The notes under the pieces: generated by a model
Told to the model about the DNA's origin: nothing
The model's database searches: none
The model's input: the letters and a program-made list of their open reading frames with translations, nothing else
Made by a program: the position numbers and the translations under genes
Shown here: positions 35,650-48,160 of the stretch, in pieces
Layout: every line of letters starts with the position of its first letter
Position numbering within the stretch: the first letter of the stretch is position 1
From: Eledone cirrhosa
Lineage: Eukaryota
Length of the DNA stretch: 64,000 nt
NCBI GenBank assembly: GCA_964016885.1
Contig: OZ024760.1
Location: 31,062,001 to 31,126,000 of the forward strand
Direction: 5' to 3'

Positions 35650-38460
35650 AAGGGGTAGAGAGGGCCCATGAGTCCACTAAGACATCCTCTCTAGTGCTGG
35701 TGGCACAAGTAAAAGAACCCAGTCCATGCTGTAAAGTGGCACTGGTGTTAGGAAGGGCATCCAACCAGTGTATCAATGCCAAACTAATTATGAACACAGC
35801 AACAAATATATAGGAACAACAAAAATAAGAAGACGTCGCATCTCAGAGTTGCAACACGTAAAGTTGGCACTCTCACAGGTAGATCTGGTGAAATAGTGGA
35901 GATGCTGGAGAGAAGGCATGTGGATGTGTGCTGCATTCAAGAGATGAGATGGAGAGGTGCCTCTGCGAGACTAGTCGCAGGCAAACATCTTAGCTATAAG
36001 CTTTCCTGGGTAGGTAAGGATGATGGGTTAGGGGGAGTAGGCATTTTCCTGGCTGAGAGATGGATCAATAAGACAGTAGAGGTAGTTTGAGTTAATAATA
36101 GAATAATTAAGCTTAGATTAGTTGTAGGCAGGAGTCTACTGACAATCATCTCTGCCTATGCTCCTCAAGCAGGCCTAGGCAAAGAAGAGAAAGGCTGCTT
36201 TTACGAGCAACTTTTACAAACAGCCGCAATGACAGAGGACGGAGACATTGTTATGCTAGCAGGGGACTTCAATGGTCATGTTGGACAGCTCTAGGATGGT
36301 TACACTGGGGCATAGTTACAGCTCAAGAAATGAAGAAGGAGTGAGACCTCTTGAATTTTGTGATGCAAGTACACTGACTATTTGCAATGCTAACTTCCAG
36401 AAACCTGCCAACCATTTAATAACGCACAAATCAGGCGAGCACATAAGCCAGATTGACTTCTTACTAGTTAGGCAGTGGGACAGGCAGATGGTGTCAAATA
36501 CCAAGGCATACCCTGGGGAAGAATGTACCCCACAGCATAGGTTAGTCGTTAGTGATATCTCAGTAAGCAAGAGATGGAATGAGACATACAGGAAGATGTG
36601 GAGAAGAAAGGTCTGGAAGCTAAAAGATCTTTCACTAAAATACAAATTTAGGAAAGCCCTACAAGATGTGTATGACGAAAAAGAAGATGATTTAGAGTCG
36701 TATGACATAGATAATAACTGGAATTTCTTATGTGACAACTTACTACAGGCTACTGATGAAACTTGTGGCTGGAGCAGAGCTCCAACCAGACAGAGAGTGG
36801 CCTGGTGGTGGAACAGCACAGTAGATAAGGCCATTAGAGACAAAAGACTAGCATGGAAGGCTTGGAAAAAGGGTGGGAGTAGGGAAGGATATACAGCCGC
36901 TAAGAGAGAAGCTAGACGTAAGGTGTACTTAGCACGCAGGGAGGCTGAGAGTAGGAGGTTTGCCAATGTTCTACAACAGGAAGATCAGAGGCGTGCGGTG
37001 TTCCACATTGCAAGGCAGTGTGTCAATGCAAATCAGGATGTTGGAGATAAATGTGTCCGGAATGATGCCGGTGTCACAAATGATCAGAAAAAGGAGGCCT
37101 GGAAATGTCATTATGAGAGACTGATGAATGTGGAGAACGAATGGGAGAGAGAGAAATTACCCTCACTAGATCCGACAGAGGGACCAGCTATTGAGATTGA
37201 TGAATATAGGGTCCAAAAGGCAATTAAGGAAATAAAAAATGGTAAGGCTGCTGGACTGTTGGGGATAGTTGCTGAGATGCTGAAGGCATTAGGGGACATA
37301 GGCACTAAACTGGTTGTACGCATCATCAATCAGGCTATATATGGTGGTGTCATACCCAAAGACTAGTGCAGCAGTATACTCATAATTTACTACAAAAGGT
37401 AAAGGGGATGCTCTGGAGAGGAGCAATTATAGGGGTATAAAACTGATGGATCAGGTTATGAAAGTGGCAGAAAGGATATTAGCACAACTAATTAGAGAAA
37501 GGGTCAAACTAGATGAGATGCAGTTTGGTTTCAGTAGAGGAGCTAGAGAATAAATTCTGGCTATGAAAACAGCAGTTGGAAGCAAGAGGACTGCGAGTGA
37601 ACCTAGCTAAAACAAAAGTGTTGATGAGTAGAAAAGAGGACAAAACTCTGATTCCGTCAGGGAAATGGCCATGTTCGATATGCAGAAAAGGAACTGGCAT
37701 AAATTCTATAAAATGCACACAATGCAGATCCTGGGTACACAAGAGATGTAGTGGGATAGCAGGCAAACTAACAGGTAGGGATAAATACGTATGCAGTAGA
37801 TATACAGGGAAATTAGACAGTAGAAGTTGCATTGATAGACACATTTTTCAAATGCAGGCGGGTGCTATAGAAGTGGTGGATAGCTTCCGGTACCTAGGAG
37901 ATCAGATTAGCATGGGAGGAGGGGTGTTCCGAGGCCATAGTATCTAGAATAAGGACAGGTTGGAAGAAGTTTAGGGAGCTGCTTCTTCTGCTGATGAAGA
38001 AGGGTTTCTCCCTGCATACGAAGGCCGGTTATATGATGCCTGTGTGAGGAGCGTCAGCAGCTGCAGAGGATGTGCGATGGCTGGAGAGAAATGAGGCAAG
38101 CATGCTCCATTGGATGTGCAATGTCAATGTGCGTGAACGACCGAACATGGATGTGTTGAGAGAGAAACTGTGTCTGAAAGGGATAGAATGTAGTGTGCGA
38201 GAGAGGAGACTGCGGTGGTATGGACATGTGATGCGCATGGAGGGTGACTGATGGGTGAAGAAGTGCCAGGAAATGCCAGTTGAAGGAAGACGTGGTAGAG
38301 GTAGACCACGAAGAACATGGGTTGAGGTGGTGAGAACAGACCTCAGAAGCTCACGGTGGAGATGACGAAGGACCGTGACAAGTGGATAGATACTGTGCTG
38401 GATAAGACCTGTCCCACCCTTACAAGCAGGGAAAAGCGGACGTATGATGATGATGATGAT
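35650..38460 (+). mobile_element. RTE-clade LINE, near full-length, with an internal RT deletion
   Basis: VGTLTGRSGEIVEMLERRHVDVCCIQEMRW (APE start), SAYAPQ, GDFNGH, QIDF; sequence jumps from MQFGF to EELE near 37533 (YADD region missing); GAT tail. Confidence 0.9.
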
Positions 38461-38567
38461 ATATATATAATATAATATATAGGATATAATATATATAAAT
38501 ATAGAGTAAATGCTAAAGGGTTGACAGATGAAGGAAACTGGAATTCATTGGTATAGGCCATACTTAC

Positions 38568-38661
38568 AACTCCTGATTTTTTCAAGTACTTGTTGACATT
38601 CTTGTTCATGAAATAATTCTGCAAGTGTGGGTCATTCAGACTATTATATCCACCAGAAAGA
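38568..38661 (-). CDS. ERICH3: ERICH3-like gene, exon 2
   Basis: LSGGYNSLNDPHLQNYFMNKNVNKYLKKSGV matches recalled ERICH3 LLAAYNSLMDKHLAGYFNNTRIRRHLLRSGL; acceptor tcttattttacag, donor GTT|gtaagt; phase 2-0. Confidence 0.9.
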
Positions 38662-38844
38662 CTGTAAAATAAGAACTATAACAATAAGCTGGTCACACAT
38701 AGCAAATATAATCTTATTTTTCCATTCCATCTCAATGTTGTGATAGTCCTTATACTTCCTGACAGGCAGGGCTGGTGTTACCATTAAAGCTAACTAGGTA
38801 GCTGCCTAGAGCTCACACCTCACAGAAGCTCATTACTAATCCTT

Positions 38845-39071
38845 CACCCTTTAGCATTTAAACCGGTCGTATCCGGCCAGAATTCTCTCACTTCTTTCTG
38901 TTCAAACCGGTCATAACTGACCGCTCATACTTATGTTAAGGCATTCTTCTCAAAATAAATAATATCAAAATCTCGTAGATTTGATATTATGTGAGATAAT
39001 TATGTGAAATAAAGTGTTTACCATGAAAATACAATAATAAATATAGAGTAATGTAAATACTAAAGGGTTAA
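38845..39071. mobile_element. MITE with CCCTTTAG..TT / AA..CTAAAGGGTTAA termini (piggyBac-like)
   Basis: Terminal inverted repeats; right end followed by TTAA; an orphan end lies at 38505-38523. Confidence 0.5.
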
Positions 39072-40177
39072 AAGTTCATTTAGTGGAGCAACTGGGTGTG
39101 TTTTTCATGTAGATCACTAGACTAAGTAGGTCGTCATGTCCTTGATGCCCTTCCTAACACCAACCACTATACAGAGTGTACTGGGTTTTTTACCATGTAG
39201 GTCACTAGCAGGTTGTCATGTCCTTCACACAAAGGGTCCTCCCAACTCTTTGTTTATGATATATATATATATATGTGTGTATGTATATATATATTCTTGT
39301 AGCAGCACATAACATACATATATGTTTACGGTTCGTTTTTATTTCATTTTTATTCCATAAACATTTACCTTCACTTTATTAGGACCCGAAAATAGGAAAG
39401 AACCATATGTGTCTGTTGTTGTTCAACTCTGGCCGGGTAAGCATACGATAAAGGGCAATCTTGCCATGACCATCTCGTCTTTTTATCAGGCGATGTGTAC
39501 CTCGGACTACATTATCCAATGTGCCCTCTATTTGACAGTAAGGTGTGGTGAGGAGGGTGCTATCTTTATCATATCGAGGGAACACGGAGAGGTGTTGTCA
39601 CGGCGCCACATCGACCTAATAATCAACCGGGTTCCAGCCGTGACCAACTCGTCTTTTATTTGTTTTGTTTCGTTTTTTCCAAACATTACACATATAAGGA
39701 CTATACTATCAAATGTAACCTTCTTTTCTTTTTAAGACAGTGAGGAGGGGACGATTCGAAGGTAGATTTGACTGCTATTTCTAGCAAACCACAATTACAA
39801 CGATGCTGATGATGGTGGTGGAGGTGGTAAATGAGAGGAAGAGAGAAAGAGACGTGAAGGAAGGCGTTACGAAATAACGGTTACAGGAGGAATACGAAAA
39901 GTTTGGGAAGTGTTAGCTTCTTTATTATGAAACAGTTCTAGTCCTGTACAAGTCATTTCTCTATATAAATAAAGATGCCCACACTCTACCAACATATTGA
40001 GTACCTTTTTAAACTGTAGTTACCCCCCACCCGACACAACTCGGGAACCTACATAATATATATATATATTATAAGAACCAGATTAAAGTTTAAGTAAAGA
40101 ATCGCTGCTTTCACCCTTAACGGGATCTTCTGAAATTATATATTCCTTATAGAGCCCTCTTCGGATTTTAGTCTTCA

Positions 40178-40219
<42 letters not shown>

Positions 40220-40289
40220 CTATCCAGTGAATTTCCAACCTATAAGGTATTATTTTCTTTGTATGTCTCTATTTATAAAACAAACTTTG

Positions 40290-40346
40290 TATTTTATCTG
40301 ATGAAAGCGTATCAATGTGTCTTGGTACCCTTGAAATAATAAAATA
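40290..40346 (+). ncRNA. Degenerate hammerhead-like motif
   Basis: tattttat CTGATGA aagcgtatcaa-tgtgtc-ttggtaccctt GAAA TA ataaaata; helices I and II are good, helix III is missing. Confidence 0.5.
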
Positions 40347-40385
40347 AATATGGTTTTATAAATATAGTTTCCATTAATTTAATAT

Positions 40386-40441
<56 letters not shown>

Positions 40442-41079
40442 CAAAGACAATAGAAAGAGAGTTTGTAGATGATTAGGGGCCCAAAACAATAGATAGCTTG
40501 TATGAGGTTAGTTGGCCAAAGAAAACGGCAGTATAGTTAGGAGTCAAAGATAACAGAAGGATAGTTAGGGGCCAAAGACAGTAGAAGGATAGCTTGTATG
40601 TGGTTAGGGTCTAAAGATAACAGACGGTTAGTTATGGGTTATCACAGACTAGGGAATGTCGAGTGAGACGGGTGAGACAAACGAGTGTATTGAGGTGGAG
40701 GGAAGATGTTGAAAAAGATTTCTAAAAACACTGACGGGACATTTTAGATAGTTTAGACTATAAAGAAAAACAACAGAACTTTATCGGTTTTAAACATTCG
40801 GTTCGCTCCTCTTCTACCAAATAAAATGACTTATTCGTTTAAAACTGGAAAAATATCGACTCATTTATTTTCCATTTGAGAAATGATTAACAAGAGTGGA
40901 ACGCCATACATGAAGAAACTGTTAAAAATATGTTTCAAAAATATATTATATATAAAATTATGTCGACTTCAGAGGAGATCAAGGCCGATAGCTCCTCTTT
41001 CCAATAATAGACAGAAATATTTAATAAAAACAAATAATTTTAAAGATTATGATAGATCGAACAGGATCAAATTAATTTA

Positions 41080-41113
<34 letters not shown>

Positions 41114-41117
<4 letters not shown>

Positions 41118-41213
41118 GGTGTCCCAAAAAATATATATACACATTTTGATTACCTGTACAGGCAATATTTATTAGAATGTTGTTGAAATGTGTATACATT
41201 TTTGGGGGACACC
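41114..41213. mobile_element. Tc1/mariner-type mini-MITE in (TA)n
   Basis: CAGGGTGTCCC...ATACACATTT / AAATGTGTAT...GGGACACC inverted ends. Confidence 0.6.
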
Positions 41214-41240
41214 AATATATATATATATATTTCATGTACT

Positions 41241-41308
41241 TTAAGGCTGAATAGTGAGTCTTGTTGCTCCGGAGTTTCGCCCGTTTGTCACAGGGTCATC
41301 AGCCTTAA
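41241..41308 (-). ncRNA. Hammerhead-like motif with a 16-nt insertion
   Basis: Minus strand: ttaagg CTGATGA ccctgt-gacaa-acgggc GAAA ctccggag [caacaagactcactat] TC agccttaa. Confidence 0.5.
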
Positions 41309-44153
41309 TATAAATAAATATTAAAACTCGGTCTTGAGTACTTCTTTCTCTCAGCCGTCAAACACATAGGGATATATATATATATATATATATATTTAAC
41401 CAAGAAATTCTGAATGAATTAACTACAATGTTTAGGGTCGCTCCTAAAACTCCATCACTCCTTTTGGGTGTAATTCACAGTGACTTCTCGCAGGATTCTT
41501 CTTTTTCACTTTTTAAAAAAATATTTATTAAATAATTTGTGTCTTTTGTAAACCTATGTGTGTATAATGTGTAGATATACACACACGAGTATAAATCTGT
41601 GTATAATGTGTAGATATACGCACACGAGTAGAAATCTGTGTATAATGTGTAGATACACACACACACACACGAGTAGAAAATTTGTGTGTATATGTTTAGA
41701 AATACACACGTGTATACATCTATGTGTACATACTGTGTAGATATACACACGAGTAGAAATCCATCTGTGTATATTGTATATATACCAGACCTACCAACCT
41801 CAAAAAACCCAAACGGGGAGTACCAATGAAATCTATACCCATTTTCACAAAAATAGGAAGAGTTGACATGTCTGATATATACACACATCAATATAAATCT
41901 ATATATTGTGTAGATATATACACACATGAGTATAGATTTGTGTAGATATACACATATGGGTATAGATTTGTGTGTACACACAAGAATATACATTTATAGA
42001 TGTGTTTGTATTCGTGTGTAGGCAATTGTTAACTTATGGAACTAAATCTAACAAGCTAGATCGCTATTTATCGATCTCTTCAAACCAACCTATTTATCTA
42101 TCAATCTGTGATTGTCTAACCGGGTGGCTGTCAAAAGTTTCCCTGTGTCTCTCTCAGAACATCTTTATTTCTCTGAATATGTTATTTCCTGTCGGTTTAC
42201 TTTCGAAAGAGCCTAAACATCAGCAATTCCCACCCTGGGACCAGCAAAAGTAATACTAAAGGGCCACTAAGACGGTACTGTACGGTGACATACTTTTTTG
42301 TCCGAAACTCCGCCTTGGAATTATTGCCAATTAGAGTACCCCCACTCCACCCTGAACCATTCTAAAAACCCCAGCACCGGGCTTTGAGTACCTTGTGAAA
42401 GACGTGTGCACACGTTACTGGGTATCCATTCTTCTCTCATTCGATTGAGATATCGATCTCAGAGGGAGAGGGGTAAATGCAGCGAGCGCTCCGTGAGAAT
42501 ATCCTGGTAAGGAAAAAGGTTGTAAACCATTGTTCTATAGTCATTTGACCTGATAGAAATGGCAGCAAAATATCCCTCAAATTACACATGAGTGTCTTAA
42601 TGATAAAGGATATATAGAATAAAATATAGTTTCTGGTTCATTGTGTGAAAACATGAGATGGTCGTGGGTGGAACATTATCATATATCAGTTCAGAGTCGA
42701 TCTAGGGGTTAAACAACAATCTTGACAAAAGTCAAGTGTCCGAAACGTTAGGTTTCTCTTCTTTAAGTCAAAATATACTCCACCATTTTAAACCTTTGTA
42801 TATTATTTCTTGAAGACACAGAACATCATACATCTAGTTCCCTTGGATTCTAATATTTTATTAGACTCGGTTGTTTTGTCTTACCATATTTCACAAATTT
42901 TTAGATTTATTCATTTTACAATCTATCTATCTAGCTATTCGTCCATCCTTTTATCTATCTATTTACCCACCTATTCATTTACCTGTGTATATCAACCTAC
43001 CCATCCATTTATCTATCTACCTATCTACCTGTCAGTCTCTCTGCCCAAGTCAGGAGTGAGAGAGTAACATGGAAAAAAAAGAAGAGTGTTGGGGGGAGGG
43101 GTCAAAAATAAGAGGAGGAAAGAGTGAGAGAGGAATACAGGATAGAAAGAGAGAGGGGGAATAGATGGGAAAGAGAGGGGGAGAAATAGATAGAGAGAGG
43201 GAGGAATAGACAGATAAAGAGAGGGATAGAGAGTGAGGAGAATAGATAAATAGAGAGAGAGGGGGGAACAGAAGGGAGAAAGTTGAAACGCCAAAAAAGA
43301 AAGAAAGCAGCAAGAAATATAACCGCCGCCATTACAGCAACAAAAAGTTGAAAAATTAAAGTAAAACAGTAAAATAATAACCCACAAAATAATGTTTATA
43401 GTTAATAATAATGGTAGTAATAATAGTAATAGTGTTAATAGAGAAACAAGGAAGATAAAAGATTTAATGAAATAGCCATGAAGAAAATGTTAAAAGTTTA
43501 TATTTGAATAAAAAAAAAACCCATCAGAAAACAGAAAATAGAAATATTAAAACTATGATTATTTGAGTGTTGTTGAGAAGTTAGAGATGTGGTTTGTCTG
43601 GAGTTTGGAGAACTAAGGAGGAAACCTTCTGGTGTCATCTTCCCTCCCCTAAAAACCACCCCTCACCCAAAACTCCCCCTTGAATTTAAGGAGGGTCTTC
43701 CCCACCCTATGTGCTTCATGGACAAAGGAACCGAAAACCAGTCTAGTTCCGCCTCACCAAATTTCTATGGGAGACGAGGAAGGGGTCCTGCCAATGGCGA
43801 AGTTTAATAGTCAAGATGTAAAGATGTAAAAGAGATGTTGGTGTTGTTTAGTACCAGAAGTTAAGGGCTCTGAAAAGGGAGGGTTTCTTCTCAGAAGACC
43901 TGTTGTCCAGCTCTACTGAGAGTTTCTGACCACAGGCTCAAGTCAGTGGCCCTCTTATAAAAAAAAAAGGCGTTCCATCCGTGGCAATCTTGTCTATAAT
44001 TCAGATACAATGTCTCCATGGTTGAGTTAACTAATGTGTCTTTCCGAATTTATCAATGAGGTGTGAGACATGTTGATGTGGGTGGGGCAATAGATGACAC
44101 ATGAAGAGAGACTGGTAGTGTGAGGTGATAATGGTGATTGTGTTGAGACTTAC

Positions 44154-44176
44154 CCACGCTTTGCCGATTGCTGCAT
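44154..44176 (-). CDS. ERICH3: ERICH3-like gene, coding exon 1 (MQQSAKRG)
   Basis: accaagATG context, donor GG|gtaagt, phase 2 as required by exon 2; gives the same spacing to YNSL as recalled human MSHSHPAG-LLAAYNSL. Confidence 0.72.
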
Positions 44177-44637
44177 CTTGGTGGTGATAATTCAGGTATA
44201 TAATATATGTATATCTATATATCTATATCAGATATATATATATTTCGTGGGGGGGTGGGGTGGGTTATGATGGGTGTAAAATAAAAGTTATAACGAAAGA
44301 GATGATCTACGTAATTTAAACGTAAACTGGAGTTAAATACGTTGCTTTTCGCTTCTGTATGTATAAATACATATGTATGTATATACATATATATACATAT
44401 ACATATACGTATATAAATATATACGTATATGTATATATAGATATATATGTTAGTATATACACATAGAGAGGTATTTCTTAGAGGGTTTTTTTTTTAGTCT
44501 TTTTTTTCCTCTTGATAATTCGCTACTGAGAGAGAGAGTTCTAGTTTGTTTTGATAAGGAAGAAGAAAGAAGTGGAGGAGGTTGAAAAGTCGCAGACGGC
44601 GCTGCTACTGTTGTTATTGATGTTACTGTCAAAAGAG
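44177..44637. promoter_or_regulatory. Candidate bidirectional promoter / 5' UTR region
   Basis: Lies between two divergent ATG-plus-donor micro-exons; CpG-retaining sequence at 44590-44700. Confidence 0.35.
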
Positions 44638-44663
44638 ATGGCGGCGGCGTATCGTTCGTTAAG
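44638..44663 (+). CDS. Putative first coding exon of a divergent gene (MAAAYRSL-R/S)
   Basis: aaagagATGGCGGCGGCG start and strong donor AAG|gtgaga in CpG-rich unique sequence; no homology recognised. Confidence 0.4.
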
Positions 44664-45149
44664 GTGAGACTCTGTTGCCGGCACGTGCTCAAGGGACGTA
44701 ACTCTCCCAGTCCATTCACAGTTGTCCCCCTTTGCTTCTTCCCACCCCCTCCGCTCTCTCTCTTTTTTTTTAACGCAATGTAAATGTTTTCTTTCACGTC
44801 TTTTTAAAATATTGATAATATTGGGTCATCAAGTATGAAATTTGTAGAGACTTGTTTTTTTTTTTTTTCTTCGACAAATTTCTATAAATTTCATACTTGA
44901 CGACCAAATACATATATTTTGAGAAGAAAGAATGGAATGTAAAATAAGAAAATATATAAAAAAAAAAATTTAAAAAAATAGTCGGTTGCCATCGGAGTCA
45001 CTTACGAGACATTTTCGACCTGCTAGAAATAGCAGCTAAATTTCTATCACTCTTTCTCATATCACAGCCTACTGTTGTTGTTGTTTTTTTAAATATATAC
45101 AATATTTAATGAATACTTCTTACAGAATGAAAATATAAACACATAAAGA

Positions 45150-45602
45150 AAATTATTGTGTACAGTGCTCAGGTGCACTACAGCTCATCAAAGGTGCATG
45201 TATAGTACATACAATAATTGTTTCTACTTTTGGCACAAGGCCAGCAATTATCCCAGTGTATTACTGGTACTTTATTTTATCGACCCTGTAAGGATGAAAG
45301 GCAAAGTTAACCTCGGCGGGATTTGAACTCAGACCATAAAGGGCCGTAACTCTTTGCTGCAAAGCATGGCGTCCGACTCTCTACCAATACTGCCAATACA
45401 ATAATGTATAAATGTCAGGAAAGTCATGATATACACACACAGGTACATACGTGTGTATGGAGGGGGGGGGGGGATATTAGGTGTAGTGTTGGCAAATTTC
45501 GGGAAGCATGGAATTTTTAAAGGATGCAGTGTTCTAACAGCTAACAACTGATGCAGGTAGTTTGTTCTATGCTTCAGCAACTCTGAGCATGAAAACATGT
45601 TT
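45150..45602 (-). mobile_element. CR1-like LINE 3' end interrupted by a family-A SINE (about 45215-45396)
   Basis: Matches the reverse complement of 35070-35340; SINE flanked by the ATACAATAAT duplication. Confidence 0.8.
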
Positions 45603-45697
45603 CCTTATCAAAACAAATTAATTTTGGTGAAATAATATATATAATACTTGATAATTCTTACATAATAAATATAATTATTGCTAGGAACCTTATATAT

Positions 45698-45879
45698 ATA
45701 ATTGTTTCTACTTTTGGCACAAAGCCAGCAATTATCCCAGTGTATTATTGGTACTTTATTTTATCGATCCCGTAAGGATGAAAGGCAAAGTTAACTTTGG
45801 CGGGATTTGAACTCAGACCATAAAGGGCCGTAACTCTTTGTTGCAAAGCATGGTGTCCGACCCTCTACCAATACTGCCA
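45698..45879 (-). mobile_element. Family-A SINE
   Basis: Near-identical to 45215-45396. Confidence 0.85.
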
Positions 45880-46179
45880 AAAATATATGACCAAAGCGAG
45901 AGAGAGAGAACAAAACGGCCATCAGTTCAACAGTCAGTTACACACCACAAGAATCAATGGACATTTTTTAAGGCAAGTCAACACACTACCGCGTTACACT
46001 ACACGCATTACCGCGGGTGATGGCGATGCTAAGGCATTGAAAGAACCAAGCACCCTCACCGAGGGCATCACCTGACACCTCTGTAATGCTGGGTGATGGC
46101 GAGGCTAAGGTGCTGAAACAACCAGGCACCCTTACGTTTTAGGAGTCGATAAATGAAGTGCCAGTAAATCTATGGAAAT

Positions 46180-46536
46180 AAATAATTTTCTATATAGATG
46201 ATAAACACGACAAGGATACGGTTCGAACGTGGAAGAGCTGAACTCCACTGTCATTGCATCTCTCTCGTCCTCCCCATCTCGCTGTATGGTGAGCAAATGG
46301 GGTCCCACGTACTGGCTCCTCACAGCCCCGGCGGACAGAATGGAGAAGGCGTTGCCTCAGAGTATGGTAAGGGAGATACGCTGGAAGAGCCATTCCATCT
46401 TGCGAAGCTCACACCTGCAGCTGGCCAGCTCAGCGCCTATGGTAGTGAGTAGGGAGATAGCCCTAGGGCCAAGGACACCAGAAGTCTCCACTGCCAAGGA
46501 CACGACCGCAAACCTGTCGGAAAGCGACTGATACTT
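46180..46536 (-). mobile_element. CRE-like (restriction-like endonuclease) non-LTR retrotransposon 3' fragment
   Basis: Manual translation KYQSLSDRFAVVSLAVETSGVLGPRAISLLTTIGAEL...WLFQRISLTIL*GNA matches the KY...ET.G..G...QRLS.AIQRGNA C-terminus typical of CRE-clade elements. Confidence 0.7.
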
Positions 46537-47082
46537 GGAGAAAGTAGCACTATAGGGCAGTGTTTGGGCGAAATTGTTAATGTATTGGATAGGATGCCTT
46601 CAGATATCTGTATTTTGTCGTGGTGTTGGTGGCGAGGTCAATCGTAGCTACAGTGGTGTTGGCGGCGTTAGTAGTAGCTGCAGTGGTGTTGGTGGCGACG
46701 GCAGCAGTAGTAGCTACTGTGATGGTGGTGGTGTTAGTGTTGATGGCGGCGGCGACAATAGTAGTTACTGTGATGGCGGTGGTACTGGTGGCAGTAGTGG
46801 CTACAGCGGCGGTGTTGGTGGCAGTAGTAACAGCGGGGGTGGGTGCCATGACTAATAAACAGAGCTTGTTCAACTTGTAGAATGACTAACTTACCTTTTG
46901 TCGCCGGCAATCTGCCATCTTGGAAGTGGTCCATAACAATAATTATTTTGGTAGGGCGATAGTGGAGGAGTGGGGGGGGGGGGGGGGGGTAGCCATATGC
47001 TGACTATGAAGGAGTGATGCTAGAGCTGTGAAATCTTACATGCAGTAACTTCAACTCTTATTAATAACTGCATTGTTTCTAT

Positions 47083-47376
47083 CCAGGGACTATGTTGAAA
47101 ACTAAACCTCATTTGGTCATTCCATGAGAGTATCTTGGTCAGCCAACCTTTCAGCTGACTCTAGTATATTGCTGGCTTCTGACTGCAGTGTAGTATTACT
47201 GGTCAACAGAAAATAAAACAACAGCCTGAACAAGAACAACATTGTAGGTGTCTGTAGTAATGGCCATCAAATTTGTTGTGATAAAATATACTAGCGTCTT
47301 TTGAAAAGTTCATGGGCTGACAAAGATACTCTCATGGAATGAGCAAATGAGGTTTATTTTTCAACATAGTCCCTGG
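47083..47376. mobile_element. Two back-to-back mariner-like terminal fragments
   Basis: 47083-47145 is the reverse complement of 47315-47376; TAC.AG.GTCTTTTGAAAAGTTC resembles a mariner TIR. Confidence 0.5.
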
Positions 47377-47449
47377 AAAAATGTTGATGTATATTATATA
47401 TATATATATAACAAAAAAATATATATACACACACAGACATATATATATA

Positions 47450-48160
47450 CTTGGCATAGCAATAAAGTCTTTACACTAGTAGGCTATGTGCTGTATATAA
47501 CAGTAAATGTAGTTAATATTAGTTGGAATTTAAACTTTGTTGTATGTGTGATATTCTGTATGGATGTTGTATTTTGTCACAGGCCTCTGCATAATTATTT
47601 TGTTGTCATTCTTGTGAGTTTATAATACACACATCAAATGGCTTAAAAACCAAAAAAAATTCAGAGTAGTAGTTTTCATTGAATGGAAACGAGGCAAATC
47701 AGCAACAAATATTAATGCACAATTGAAGGTGAGTGGAATTAACAACGTTCCAGTAAATTCTACCATTTATCATTAGGTGAAACAATTCAAAGATGGCAGT
47801 AGATCATCACTTATTGATGCTCCTCCTTCTGGCTGTCCTTGCACAACAACTATTTATGCCAATGTTCAACTCATTTAAAGTATCATTGATACAGAACAAA
47901 AACAATCAATGTGTTGCATTGCACATGTTGCTGGAATAAACAAAGAGCATTTGTTTTTGCTTCATTGGAAGAGGTTGTGGATGAATTGTTGCACTGATTT
48001 CAACAAATAAGGAAGGAACAGTTCCAGAAAGAGTTAAATGCTTTGCATAAGCACTGGATAAGCATTCAATGGAGATTGTTTTATAGAATAAATTTTAGTT
48101 TCAATATGTTGTGCATTTTCATTTAAAAGGTTATTCTAAGGACTTTATTGCCACGCCAAG
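47450..48160 (+). mobile_element. Internally deleted mariner transposon
   Basis: TA-flanked TIRs CTTGGCATAGCAATAAAGTC / GACTTTATTGCCACGCCAAG; remnants KQFKDGSRSSLIDAPPSGCP (cf. D.PRSGRP) and NGDCF (cf. GDYF). Confidence 0.75.

Noticed and set aside
46895-46934. Alternative minus-strand first exon (ATGGCAGATTGC...AAAG|gtaagt)
   Set aside because: It gives phase 0 or 1, incompatible with the phase-2 exon 2; it might be a non-coding upstream exon or a repeat, but there is no support.
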